Part shown: positions 50,916-61,000 of the stretch, in pieces
How positions within the stretch are numbered: position 1 is the stretch's first letter
Layout: every line of letters starts with the position of its first letter
Origin: Blastocatellia bacterium
GTDB taxonomy: Bacteria; Acidobacteriota; Blastocatellia; UBA7656
NCBI GenBank assembly: GCA_963765495.1
Contig: CAVXWP010000017.1
Span: forward strand, 32,001 to 96,000
Direction of reading: 5' to 3'
DNA length: 64,000 nucleotides
The notes under the pieces: model-generated
What the model was told of the DNA's origin: nothing
Seen by the model: only the letters and a program-made list of their open reading frames with translations
Databases searched by the model: none
Translations under genes and position numbers: made by a program

Positions 50916-52099
50916 ATTCTCGTCTCGTCAGCGGAGCGAAGTTCATAAGTCACGCCTCGCCACGTGATTCGCCGCGTCACAGCCGACCTGATAAAATTGC
51001 AGAGAAACAGCAGCGATACGAGCGACCACAAAAGACAGTACATCCACCAGAGGCGTTTGATTTCATCCCGCGCAGATGGAAGCGCCTCAACCGCGCCCGC
51101 AAGCCTGAGCGCGCCCTTGATCGACCCGAGCAGAAAAATAGCGCCTAACATCATTAGCGGCCAGATGATGCCCTCACCCCTGAGCGCAGCAAGCAGAACC
51201 ATAGCCAGCCCGCCCCAGAAGGTAATACTGAACAGGCAGTTTGAAATCATCCCAACCCACCACGCTTTCGAGCTATAGACGCGGGTAATAATTATCTGGC
51301 GGGTAGTAAATTCAAACAGGCTCTTGAGCGTAAAATCTTCACGCGAGATCGTAAGACATCGAGGCACGAACCTGACATACAGATTCCCGTCTTTGACGGC
51401 TCGCGTGAGCGCATAATCATCGCTCACGACGCGCTGCCACCTGTCGGCTATGCCCAGCTGGTTGAAAGTCTCTCGCAGAATCGCGGTCGAACCGCCCCAG
51501 GCGAAATTGCCTCTGTGATCGCCAAGCGTAGTGGCGATGGAGCCGTTCCACGCCGAGAGTAAGGCCGACCAGAACCCGCCCTTATCCGGCAAGTACCAGC
51601 GGTATCCGGTGGCGGCCCCGACTCGATTATCTTCAAGTGCCGAAACCAGTAAACGCAACCAGCCATGGCGAACCCGCGCATCCGAATCTACAAAGGCCAG
51701 CGCTTCGGATTTCGAATCGACGCAGGTGAGAGCCGAAAGAAGATTGTTGACCTTTTCGCCGCGACCCTCGACGTAGCCTGACACAATCAGACGGGCAGTA
51801 ATCCCGGGATATTTCTTGATGACCCGCTCAATTACCTGTCGCGCAGGGTCATCATCTGAAGCAACGGCAAAGATAATTTCGTAATCGGGATAATCCTGCT
51901 CAAACAGCGCATGAAGATTCTCTTCAAGCCCGCTGTCAATACCCTTGCACGGAGCAATGATCGAAGCGAAAGGTGTGAAGCCGCCAGCCGGTTCTTTGAT
52001 CGCGCGCCGGATAAATCCGTAAAAGCGCACGCCTTCGATCAGAGAGAATATTCCCTGAATGATCAGCAATCCGGCCGGGATGTAGAAAAGGTATATCAC
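50906..52099 (-). CDS. Glycosyltransferase family 2/21 (ceramide glucosyltransferase / HpnI-like)
   Basis: PCKG.D, QDYP.YE, KVNNL, FVDSD, SDDY, TTRQ, ITWRG; likely GTG start 52099. Confidence 0.85.
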   Translation of the reverse strand: MIYLFYIPAGLLIIQGIFSLIEGVRFYGFIRRAIKEPAGGFTPFASIIAPCKGIDSGLEENLHALFEQDYPDYEIIFAVASDDDPARQVIERVIKKYPGITARLIVSGYVEGRGEKVNNLLSALTCVDSKSEALAFVDSDARVRHGWLRLLVSALEDNRVGAATGYRWYLPDKGGFWSALLSAWNGSIATTLGDHRGNFAWGGSTAILRETFNQLGIADRWQRVVSDDYALTRAVKDGNLYVRFVPRCLTISREDFTLKSLFEFTTRQIIITRVYSSKAWWVGMISNCLFSITFWGGLAMVLLAALRGEGIIWPLMMLGAIFLLGSIKGALRLAGAVEALPSARDEIKRLWWMYCLLWSLVSLLFLCNFIRSAVTRRITWRGVTYELRSADETRIEG

Positions 52100-52199
52100 A
52101 GGGCGAGCGGCGATTTTCTCACTCTGACAGCAACAGGTCAACGTGAAGATGAGCAGGTTTTAGCTCAACCTGCCCATCTTCATCTGAGTCAACAGCAAC

Positions 52200-52296
52200 G
52201 GCCGGGACGGAGGCGGATGACGCGGATTTACTCGGATTGGCCCCAATTAGATCAGATCCGCGAAAATCCGCCGCATCCGCGTCATCCGCGGTCCAT
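52200..52296. repeat. GCGGAT-family hairpin element (diverged copy)
   Basis: GGCCGGGACGGAGGCGGATGACGCGGAT...ATCCGCGAAAATCCGCCGCATCCGCGTCATCCGCG. Confidence 0.75.
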
Positions 52297-52377
52297 TTCT
52301 AATTGCCTTACGAGCAAGTTAAAACCTGACAGGTCCTGACGTGACAGCATATCCGCAGCAATGATATAAAAATCTCA

Positions 52378-54147
52378 ATGCTTCAAATTGAACGCCTAAA
52401 CGCAAAGGTTCTAATCCTGTTTTTCTGCTTTGTCCAGATAGGTGCGGTCGTGCCCTGCCCTGTTATGCAACAGACGACAAAGGGCGTTTCGATATTCCTC
52501 GATGCAACCGATCAGGTCGGGCTCGATTTCGAGCATTACAACGGGATGACCGGGCGATTCTATCTGCCGGAAATCATGGGCTCGGGCGCGGCCCTGTTTG
52601 ATTATGACAATGACGGCGATCTCGATCTCTTTCTCGTGCAAGGGTCGGTGCTCGAACCCGGAACACATCCCGAAAAGACCCTTTTCCCGTGGCGCGGACA
52701 GGGTGCGCCCAAAAGCAGGCTCTACCGAAACGACTTGAACAACGGCAAAGACAAGAATGGAAAATTGAGATTTACCGATGTGACCGATAAGAGCGGCATC
52801 CTTGCCACAGGCTACGGGATGGGCGTAACCGCCGCCGACATAAACAACGACGGGTGGATGGACCTCTATGTATGCAATCTGGGTTCGAATCAGATGCTTC
52901 TCAACAAAGGGGATGGCACATTCACGGATGTCACAAAAAAGACCGGAACCGATGATCCTCGATGGAGCACGAGCGCGGCCTTTTTCGATTATGACAATGA
53001 CGGCTGGCTCGATCTGTTCGTAGCCAATTATCTGGATTTTTCCGTCGATAAATACCCGAACTGCTATGCCGATACAACCGCGAAGGATTACTGCGGGCCA
53101 AAGGCTTTTCATCCCGTGCCCGATAGCCTCTTTCATAACCGGGGCGACGGCACATTCGAAAATGTTTCATCCGCTTCCGGGATAATAAATGAGTTTGGCT
53201 CCGGGCTTGGCGTGGTAACGGCCGATCTCAACGGCGACGGCTGGACCGATATCTACGTAGCAAACGACGGCAACCCTAATCAACTGTGGATCAACCAAAA
53301 AGACGGCTCATTTAAGAATCAAGCCTTGATTGGCGGAGCGGCGGTCAATCGAGACGGGCAGCCGGAAGCCGGTATGGGAGTCGATGCGGGGGATTTTAAC
53401 GGCGACGGCTTCGATGATATTTTTCTCACGCATTTGATGGAAGAGACAAACACGCTTTATTCAAACCTCGGCAACGGGCTTTTCGAAGATCGTACGCTTG
53501 AAGCGGGGCTCGGATTGCAAACACGGCGCTACACGGGCTTTGGCACGCTATGGTTCGATTATGACAATGACGGGAGGCTCGATTTGCTTTCGGCCAACGG
53601 GGCCGTCCGCACGCTTGTGGAACTTGCGCGCAAAAAAGACCTTTACCCGCTCGGCCAGCCCAATCAACTCTTTCACAACGCGGGAAAAGGGAATTTTATC
53701 GAGGTATCAAAGGAAGCGGGCAAGAGTTTTGATCTATTGGAAGTCAGCCGAGGCGCGGCATTTGGCGATATTGATAACGACGGCGACACGGATGTCGTCA
53801 TCTCAAATAACAACGGGCGAGCGCGGGTGCTGCTCAATCAGATCGGAAACCGAAATCACTGGCTGGGTTTGAGACTGCCGGGCACAAAGATTAACCGAGA
53901 CATGCTGGGCGCAAAGGTTGAAATACGCATAACGAAAGAGAACATACTCTGGCGACGCACTCGAACCGACGGCGGCTACCTGTCTTCACACGACCCGAGA
54001 GTGTTGGTCGGTCTCGGCAGTTCCGATCACGTAGACGCGGTGCGAGTACACTGGCCCTCGGGCAGGATCGAAGAATGGAAAGAACCATCCATTGATCGGT
54101 ATATTACTCTCAGAGAAGGCGCGGCCTCCGAATCGAAACGAGATTAA
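52378..54147 (+). CDS. CRTAC1-family protein (FG-GAP/VCBS repeats + ASPIC/UnbV)
   Basis: Multiple DYDNDG.DL repeats; SRGAAFGDIDNDGD; GYLSSHD..V.VGLG...WPSG. Confidence 0.92.
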   Translation: MLQIERLNAKVLILFFCFVQIGAVVPCPVMQQTTKGVSIFLDATDQVGLDFEHYNGMTGRFYLPEIMGSGAALFDYDNDGDLDLFLVQGSVLEPGTHPEKTLFPWRGQGAPKSRLYRNDLNNGKDKNGKLRFTDVTDKSGILATGYGMGVTAADINNDGWMDLYVCNLGSNQMLLNKGDGTFTDVTKKTGTDDPRWSTSAAFFDYDNDGWLDLFVANYLDFSVDKYPNCYADTTAKDYCGPKAFHPVPDSLFHNRGDGTFENVSSASGIINEFGSGLGVVTADLNGDGWTDIYVANDGNPNQLWINQKDGSFKNQALIGGAAVNRDGQPEAGMGVDAGDFNGDGFDDIFLTHLMEETNTLYSNLGNGLFEDRTLEAGLGLQTRRYTGFGTLWFDYDNDGRLDLLSANGAVRTLVELARKKDLYPLGQPNQLFHNAGKGNFIEVSKEAGKSFDLLEVSRGAAFGDIDNDGDTDVVISNNNGRARVLLNQIGNRNHWLGLRLPGTKINRDMLGAKVEIRITKENILWRRTRTDGGYLSSHDPRVLVGLGSSDHVDAVRVHWPSGRIEEWKEPSIDRYITLREGAASESKRD

Positions 54148-54149
54148 CC

Positions 54150-55835
54150 GTGAAAGCATTTGAGGCGATCAAAATAACGACCGGGCATCTCGGGCATCTC
54201 TTGCTACTTGCGCTCTGCCTGATCCTTAGCGGCGCAACAGCCTCGCAGGCCCAGGCTCAAAAATCCAGTCCGGGCGAACGGGTGTTACAACCGCCAAAGT
54301 CGGGGCTTCTGCCTGTTCACAGACCCGATCTGGAGAGTTTGGAAACAAGCGTACGCGAGCAGCTTGAAGAGATTGAAACATCGCTTGCGGCGCTTGTGAA
54401 GGATTCTTCGACGGATGAAAAAAGGCTTGGCGAAAGCTACGGTTTGCTGGGAAAGATATATCAGGCATACGCTTTGACCACGCCCGCCGAAGAGTGTTAT
54501 TTGAACGCCCATCGTCTGGCTCCGAAGGATTTCAGGTGGGCTTATCTTCTCGGAAGCGTTTGCCAGAAAGAGGGCCGGGTCGAAGAGGCCATAACGTGGT
54601 ACAGGATCGTTCGCATTTTGCGCCCCGACTATCTGGCCGCGCCGGTCAATCTGGGAAATCTCTATCTGGGGCAGCATCGTCTGGAAGAGGCTCGCGCAAA
54701 TTTCAAAGAGGCGCTCTCGATCAACGCGAAATGCCCGGCCGCCGAATACGGGCTGGGGCAGGCGGCGCTTTCAACTCGAAATTATGCCGAGGCGGTCACG
54801 CATTTTGAGCAGGCGCTCGCGCAGACCCCCGAAGCCAATCGCATCCATTACGCACTGGCTATGGCATATCGCGGGTTGGGAGATATGGAAAAGGCGCAGC
54901 GCAATCTTGAGCAACAGGGGCAGGTCGGAATCCGGGTCGCCGATCCTCTCGTTGACGACCTGCAAAAATTGATTCGCGGCGAGCGCGTTCATTTGCTTAG
55001 AGGGAGGGTGGCATTCGAGGCCCGGAGGTTTGAGGATGCCGTCGAGGAGTTTCGCAAAGCAGTGGAGGCCCAACCCGAAAGCATCCCGGCGCGCGTAAAC
55101 CTCGGGTCAGCCCTGGCTCAGTCGGGCGACATCAACGAAGCCATAAAACAATTCGAGCAGGCGATTTCTTTAGAGCCGAAAAACTCGGCGGCGCATTACA
55201 ATCTGGGCTTTCTGCTTGCAAAACTCAACCGGCACGAGCAGGCAATTTCTCATCTACACTCCACGCTCGATCTGAACCCGGAGGACGCCGATGCGCGTTA
55301 CCTGCTCGGGCAGGAGCTACTGCGGGTTGGAAACAAGGACGGGGCGCTTGCCGAGTTCGCACGGCTTACGCAATCAAACCCCGGCAATGAAGCGGCCCTG
55401 ATCGAACAGGTGAATTTGCTTATGGGGAAAAAGCGATACGCCGAGGCGCTTGAAAATCTGGAAAGAAGCCACAAACAGTTTCCGCAAAATGGTCAGACAG
55501 CGGCTATGCTCGCCTATTTGCTCGCGGCCAACCCGCAACAGGATTTGCGCGATGGGGCGCGGGCGCTCGCGCTCGCTCAGCTTATATATAAGGCAACAGG
55601 CTCGATCAATCACGGCGCGGTACTTGCGCTGGCGCTGGCCGAACTGGGTCGATGCGACGAGGCGGCCCGGTTGCAGCAACGATTGATAGAAGCCGCCGAA
55701 CCGGAAGGCAACTCAGACCTTGTTGTAAAGTTGAAAGCCGGGTTAGAGCTATACCTGAAAGGGCAGCCCTGCCGCCCCGTGGGCGAGGCAGGTTTGTCTG
55801 ATCCAGCCCCGCCGGATAAAAAAAGACAGCGGTAA
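54150..55835 (+). CDS. Secreted tetratricopeptide repeat protein
   Basis: Signal peptide; many TPR units (A...NLG.AL...G...EA...F..A...P). Confidence 0.9.
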   Translation: MKAFEAIKITTGHLGHLLLLALCLILSGATASQAQAQKSSPGERVLQPPKSGLLPVHRPDLESLETSVREQLEEIETSLAALVKDSSTDEKRLGESYGLLGKIYQAYALTTPAEECYLNAHRLAPKDFRWAYLLGSVCQKEGRVEEAITWYRIVRILRPDYLAAPVNLGNLYLGQHRLEEARANFKEALSINAKCPAAEYGLGQAALSTRNYAEAVTHFEQALAQTPEANRIHYALAMAYRGLGDMEKAQRNLEQQGQVGIRVADPLVDDLQKLIRGERVHLLRGRVAFEARRFEDAVEEFRKAVEAQPESIPARVNLGSALAQSGDINEAIKQFEQAISLEPKNSAAHYNLGFLLAKLNRHEQAISHLHSTLDLNPEDADARYLLGQELLRVGNKDGALAEFARLTQSNPGNEAALIEQVNLLMGKKRYAEALENLERSHKQFPQNGQTAAMLAYLLAANPQQDLRDGARALALAQLIYKATGSINHGAVLALALAELGRCDEAARLQQRLIEAAEPEGNSDLVVKLKAGLELYLKGQPCRPVGEAGLSDPAPPDKKRQR

Positions 55836-55891
55836 CTAACTCTAAAAGTTAAAGTTGCCCTGGTCGCCCGCCAAACTCGCAAGCCATACTC

Positions 55892-55920
55892 TTGACAGCC
55901 CTGTATCGAGTTGAGACGAT
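55892..55920 (+). promoter_or_regulatory. Sigma70-type promoter
   Basis: TTGACA-17 nt-GACGAT upstream of the 56057 gene. Confidence 0.45.
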
Positions 55921-56056
55921 AGCCCGGTAATATCGGGCAATAATTACAGACTTGACATACCCCGTGGAAGCGGCTTGTCCGACTTCTGTGTTGCCTTCGA
56001 AACGGAGTAGATAACATTCATCGGCTCTACTCCCTAATCTAAGTTTAGGAGATGTT

Positions 56057-57547
56057 ATGAATACCCGGAGAAACAAAGTCTCGCCCCTACTATTAGTAGG
56101 ATTAATTACTTGCCTGAGCTATTCGGCTATGGCTGCGCCGTCAGACAATGACGGGCCGGTCGCCAACGGCAAGGCAGGAGCCTCAGAAATCACGTGGCAG
56201 CCAAACGTTCCTTGCTCATCAATAGTGCTGACCGTTGCGGCTCCCGAAGGAGAAACATTTCGCCAGGAATTTCCGTCAGGAACGAATCCCTCCTTCGGTA
56301 TTACCGATGAGCTTGGGCTCAGGCGGCCTGACGGTCACTATAAATTCCAGTTGCGCGTAATTCCAATCATAAGCCTGGCGACAAAGAAAGCACTTGCGAC
56401 GGCGCGGGCCGCAGGAAATGAGGAAGAGGTCATTCGCACTCTTCGCAGGAGAGGTCTGCTGCCCAAAGAGGATATAGTGCAGGCAGGGGCATTCATGATC
56501 GAAAACGGCGCATTTGTGATGGGCGGAGCCACAGAAGAAGAGAAGCTCCCCGGCTCACAGGCAGGGGGTTCTTCCGGGAATGAAAATGTCTCCGTCACGC
56601 CAAATGATCAGGTAATCGCGGACGATTTGATAGTTCAAGGGTCAGGGTGCTTTGGATTTGACTGCATAAACAACGAAAATTTCGGGGCCGATACGATCAG
56701 GCTAAAAGAGAACAACCTGCGAATTCACTTCGACGATACTTCAAATACCGGCAGTTTTCCTTTCAACGACTGGCGGATTGTGGCTAACGATCAGGACAAC
56801 GGCGGCGCAAGCTATTTAGCGTTTGAAGACTCGACGGCTGGAAGATTTCCGTTTACCGTCGAAGCGGGCGCTCCCAGTAATACTCTCTACGTAGACAACA
56901 CCGGCAGGATTGGAATAAAGACATCTACGCCGTTGCTGGACATTCACGCGGTGAACGGCAACACGCCCGCGATGCGACTTGAGCAAACCTCCGCAAGCGG
57001 CTTTCAGGCGCAGACCTGGGACATTGCCGGAAACGAAGCAAACTTCTTTATCCGAGATGCCACCAACGGCTCCAAGCTTCCATTCAAGATAAAGCCCGGC
57101 GCTCCTGATAACAGCATTTTCGTAGCCTCAAGCGGCAATGTCGGTTTGGGAACAACCTCTCCCGAAGAGCGGCTTCACGTATTCGGAAACGCGGTGATAC
57201 AGGGAAACATCGACATACGCAGCGACCAGTTTGGAGCCAGCCACGAGGTTGACCCCAAAACGGTCCTTGGCCAGTTGGATCAGGTGTCGCTCGTCTCTTC
57301 GGCTGTCGGCAACGGGGCTAGCGCAAACCATATGCAGCCGAATATCAAAGAGCTAAATACCGCCTTTGGGCTGGGCACGGGAAATCGTATTTCACTGCTC
57401 GACATAGACGGAATAAACATGGCGGCGGTCAAGGCGGTCTATAATCTTCTGAAAGAGAAGGATGCCGAGATAGCCGCTCTGCAAAAACAGCTTGCCGATT
57501 TAGAGACTCGGCTGAAGGCAGTCGAATCGCGTGTGAGCAAAAAGTAA
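56057..57547 (+). CDS. Secreted trimeric fibre-like protein with degenerate C-terminal S74-type chaperone and coiled coil
   Basis: Signal peptide; GRIGIKTSTP and GNVGLGTTSPEERLHV fibre repeats; AFGLG...DGINMAAVKAV followed by a coiled coil. Confidence 0.7.
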   Translation: MNTRRNKVSPLLLVGLITCLSYSAMAAPSDNDGPVANGKAGASEITWQPNVPCSSIVLTVAAPEGETFRQEFPSGTNPSFGITDELGLRRPDGHYKFQLRVIPIISLATKKALATARAAGNEEEVIRTLRRRGLLPKEDIVQAGAFMIENGAFVMGGATEEEKLPGSQAGGSSGNENVSVTPNDQVIADDLIVQGSGCFGFDCINNENFGADTIRLKENNLRIHFDDTSNTGSFPFNDWRIVANDQDNGGASYLAFEDSTAGRFPFTVEAGAPSNTLYVDNTGRIGIKTSTPLLDIHAVNGNTPAMRLEQTSASGFQAQTWDIAGNEANFFIRDATNGSKLPFKIKPGAPDNSIFVASSGNVGLGTTSPEERLHVFGNAVIQGNIDIRSDQFGASHEVDPKTVLGQLDQVSLVSSAVGNGASANHMQPNIKELNTAFGLGTGNRISLLDIDGINMAAVKAVYNLLKEKDAEIAALQKQLADLETRLKAVESRVSKK

Positions 57548-57558
57548 CAGCAAATCGA

Positions 57559-57599
57559 GAGCGGGCAGGGCTGATACTCTTGACCTACCCCGCCCGCTC
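57559..57599 (+). terminator. Possible terminator hairpin
   Basis: GAGCGGGCAGGG...CCCCGCCCGCTC just after the stop codon; weak U-tract. Confidence 0.4.
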
Positions 57600-58026
57600 G
57601 CTTAAAATCACAGGGTCAAAAAAGTAACGATAAACACGAGCTAGCGCCCTCTGCTGAAAGAGCCACGATGTTTAATAGGCTCTCGTCATAGCTCGGATAT
57701 AAATAGCATTGTTTAAGAAACCAATTATCCTCCCGAGAGGCACCTATTGGGGCGGGGGGCAAAAAGAAATGTCAGATTCCGTTTACTTCTCTGCTCAAGT
57801 TCCAACTATGCGGCCATATCTCCATTCGTTCGTGAGCACGGGGGAGCAATTTCCCCTCGATTAGATACTGTTTGATTAGATTCTCGAAAACGGCTTTGTT
57901 TAGATCGAGAAATTTTCGGAATTGGCCTGAATTTCAGGGTCTGTTCCCGCACGCTCACGACCGGTCCCTGAAATTTACCGGCCTCATTCGGGGCGCCTGC
58001 TTTGCGGCCCCAGGGAGATTAGACCG

Positions 58027-61000
58027 ATGAAAATATCAACTGTAGGGAGAGGGCTCATAATCGGCCTTGTCTTGATTATGGTAAGCCTGATTGGCTTATC
58101 TACGCATGCCTGGATGGGCAGCGCATCCTCAATTCCACAAGACATATCCGAAAGCAGTCTCGCCGTAATCCAGTCTCGCGATGCGCTCGACCGGGCCATA
58201 GCCTTCGAGCAGACTCATCCCGGCCCGGATTCGGTGCGCGCTACAACAGAAGCATTTCGCTCATACAAAATCGCTGTAGAAAATCGCTCTGCTGAAATCA
58301 GAACCACACAGGCGGACATCGAGAGAGATGTGAGCGGAGCGCGAGCGGCCCAGGCAAGATTAAATTCGCTTGAAAATGAGTACAACGAGCTTCAAAAATC
58401 GCTGAGTAGTTATTATGAAAAGCTGAGAGCGACTCATCCGAGTCTGGAATTTCAAATTTCGCCCGCGGTTCCGGGAACAGTATTCACTGGCGGCGCGATA
58501 ACGATAAACGCAAGCGCAAGCCCGCCCACGGCGGCCTCGCCTTATCCGTCAACGATAAATGTTTCGGGGCTTACGGGCACGATAAACAAAGTGACCGTGA
58601 CGCTCACGAATTTTAGCACCACATTTCCCGATAACATAGATATGTTGCTTGTAGGACCGACGGGAGTAAACGGAATCATCATGTCGGACGCGGGTGGAAA
58701 CAGTTGCGCCAATTGTCCCGTGACCCTGGTTCTCGACGATACGGCGGCAAGCCCGCTACCCAACAACGGTCCTCCGCTCGACGTGGGGCTTTCAAGCGGC
58801 ACGTTTCAGTCTTCAAACTGGAATTCAGGCGACGTTTTCGCATCGCCTGCGCCTGCGCCGACCAATAATACACAATCATTTGGAACGGCTCTGGCAGGGT
58901 TTAATGGAACGGACCCGAACGGCACCTGGAGCCTTTACGTAGTTCACGACGGGACAAGCATCACCGGCACAATAGACAGCTGGTCTCTCGACATAGACTC
59001 GGGCGCAGGCCCTTGCTCGATCACTTGCCCGACCAATGTAACGGTGGCAAAGAATGCGAATTTCTGCGGAGCCGTTGTGACTTATCCCGACCCGACAACG
59101 ACGGGCGCTTGCGGAGCGATAGTCTGTAGCCCGCCATCAGGATCATACTTCCCCGTGGGCACAACCACCGTAACCTGCACGGAACAGGTTACAAGCGGAG
59201 CAACCTGCTCTTTTACGGTCACGGTCATGGGAGCGTGTGGTGCGGGAGAGGGATGTAACAACGTCCCGATTACGATCAACACGGGAGGCACGCCACCGAC
59301 TGTCGCCACCCCCTATCCTTCGGATATTGGTATATCGGGGCTGACGGGACAGGTAGTCAGCAAAGTCACGGTGACGCTTGCAAACTTCAGTCACGATTTC
59401 CCCGATGACGTGGACATTTTACTTGTGGGTCCGGGTGGCCAGGAGGCTACCATCATGTCGGACGTAGGCGGCAACAATGCCATCTCAAGCAGCGCGCCTA
59501 TTACACTCACGCTCGACGACGCGGCGGCATTGTCGCTGCCTGACAGCACCACACTCTCAACCGGTACTTTCAAGCCTACGAATATCCAGCCGGGCGGAGT
59601 CGGTGACACATTCCCAAGCCCTGCGCCCACACCATCGGGAGGGTCGGCTCTTTCGGTCTTTAACGGAACCGATCCAAACGGCACGTGGAGCCTTTATGTA
59701 GTTGATGACGGGGCAGCATTCAGCGGACAACTGGCCGCAGGGTGGTGTATCACCATCACGACCACCACGCCTACGCCGTGCATGCTTACCTGCCCGACCG
59801 ATGTCACACAGGCAAAGGATGCGAATTTCTGCGGAGCCATCGTGACCTATCCCGCGCCGACCACGACCGGCACTTGCGGAACGATAGTCTGTAGCCCGCC
59901 GTCAGGATCATACTTCCCCGTAGGCACAACCACAGTCACCTGCTCGGATTCAGGGACAAGCGGGCAAACCTGCACATTCACGGTCACGGTCACAGGAACC
60001 TGTCCTGATGGTCAGATCTGTAACAACACCTCGATCACGATAAACACCGGAAGCCCGCCGACTGCCGCGACGCCTTATCCGTCCGACATCGCCGTATCGG
60101 GGCTAGCAGGCGTAGTCGGGAAAGTGACTGTAACGCTTGCAAACTTCAGTCACGATTTCCCGGATGACGTGGATATTTTACTTGTGGGTCCGGGTGGCCA
60201 GGAAGCCACCATTATGTCGGATGTCGGAGGCAACAACGCCATCTCAAGCGGCGCGCCTATCACACTCACGCTCGACGACGCGGCGGCCTCGTCGCTGCCG
60301 GATAGCACCATGCTCTCGTCAGGCACTTTCAAACCCACCAATATCCAGCCGGGCGGAGTCGGTGACACATTCCCGAGCCCTGCACCCACACCATCGGGCG
60401 CATCCGCTCTGTCGGTCTTTAATGGGACCGATCCAAACGGCACGTGGAGCCTATACGTTGTGGATGATGGCGCGGCGAGCGCCGGATTGATTTCCGGGGG
60501 CTGGTGTCTCAACATCACTCTGGTCTGCGGCATCACATGTCCCGCGGATATAACGGTAGGTAATGACACCGGTCAATGCGGGGCCGTGGTCACTTTTGCG
60601 CCTACAACGACGGGGCCATGCGGAACCATCACCTGCACGCCTCCTTCGGGGTCGTTCTTCCCCGTAGGCACAACTACGGTAACCTGCGCGAACGCAGGCG
60701 GCACGCCGAGTTGTTCTTTCACAATCACCGTAAACGATACGGAAGCGCCGGTAGTTACCTGCCCGGCTGACATCACAACCGGCAACGATACGGGTCAGTG
60801 CTCGGCTGTAGTAAACTTCATGGTGACTGCAAACGATAACTGCGACGGCGCGATCACGCCGGTCTGTACTCCACCGTCAGGCTCGACATTCCCAGTGGGC
60901 ACGACTACTGTGACCTGCACGGCGATGGATACGGCGAGCAATTCCGGCAGTTGTTCGTTTACCGTTACGGTGAATGACACCGAGTTGCCTACGATCACCT

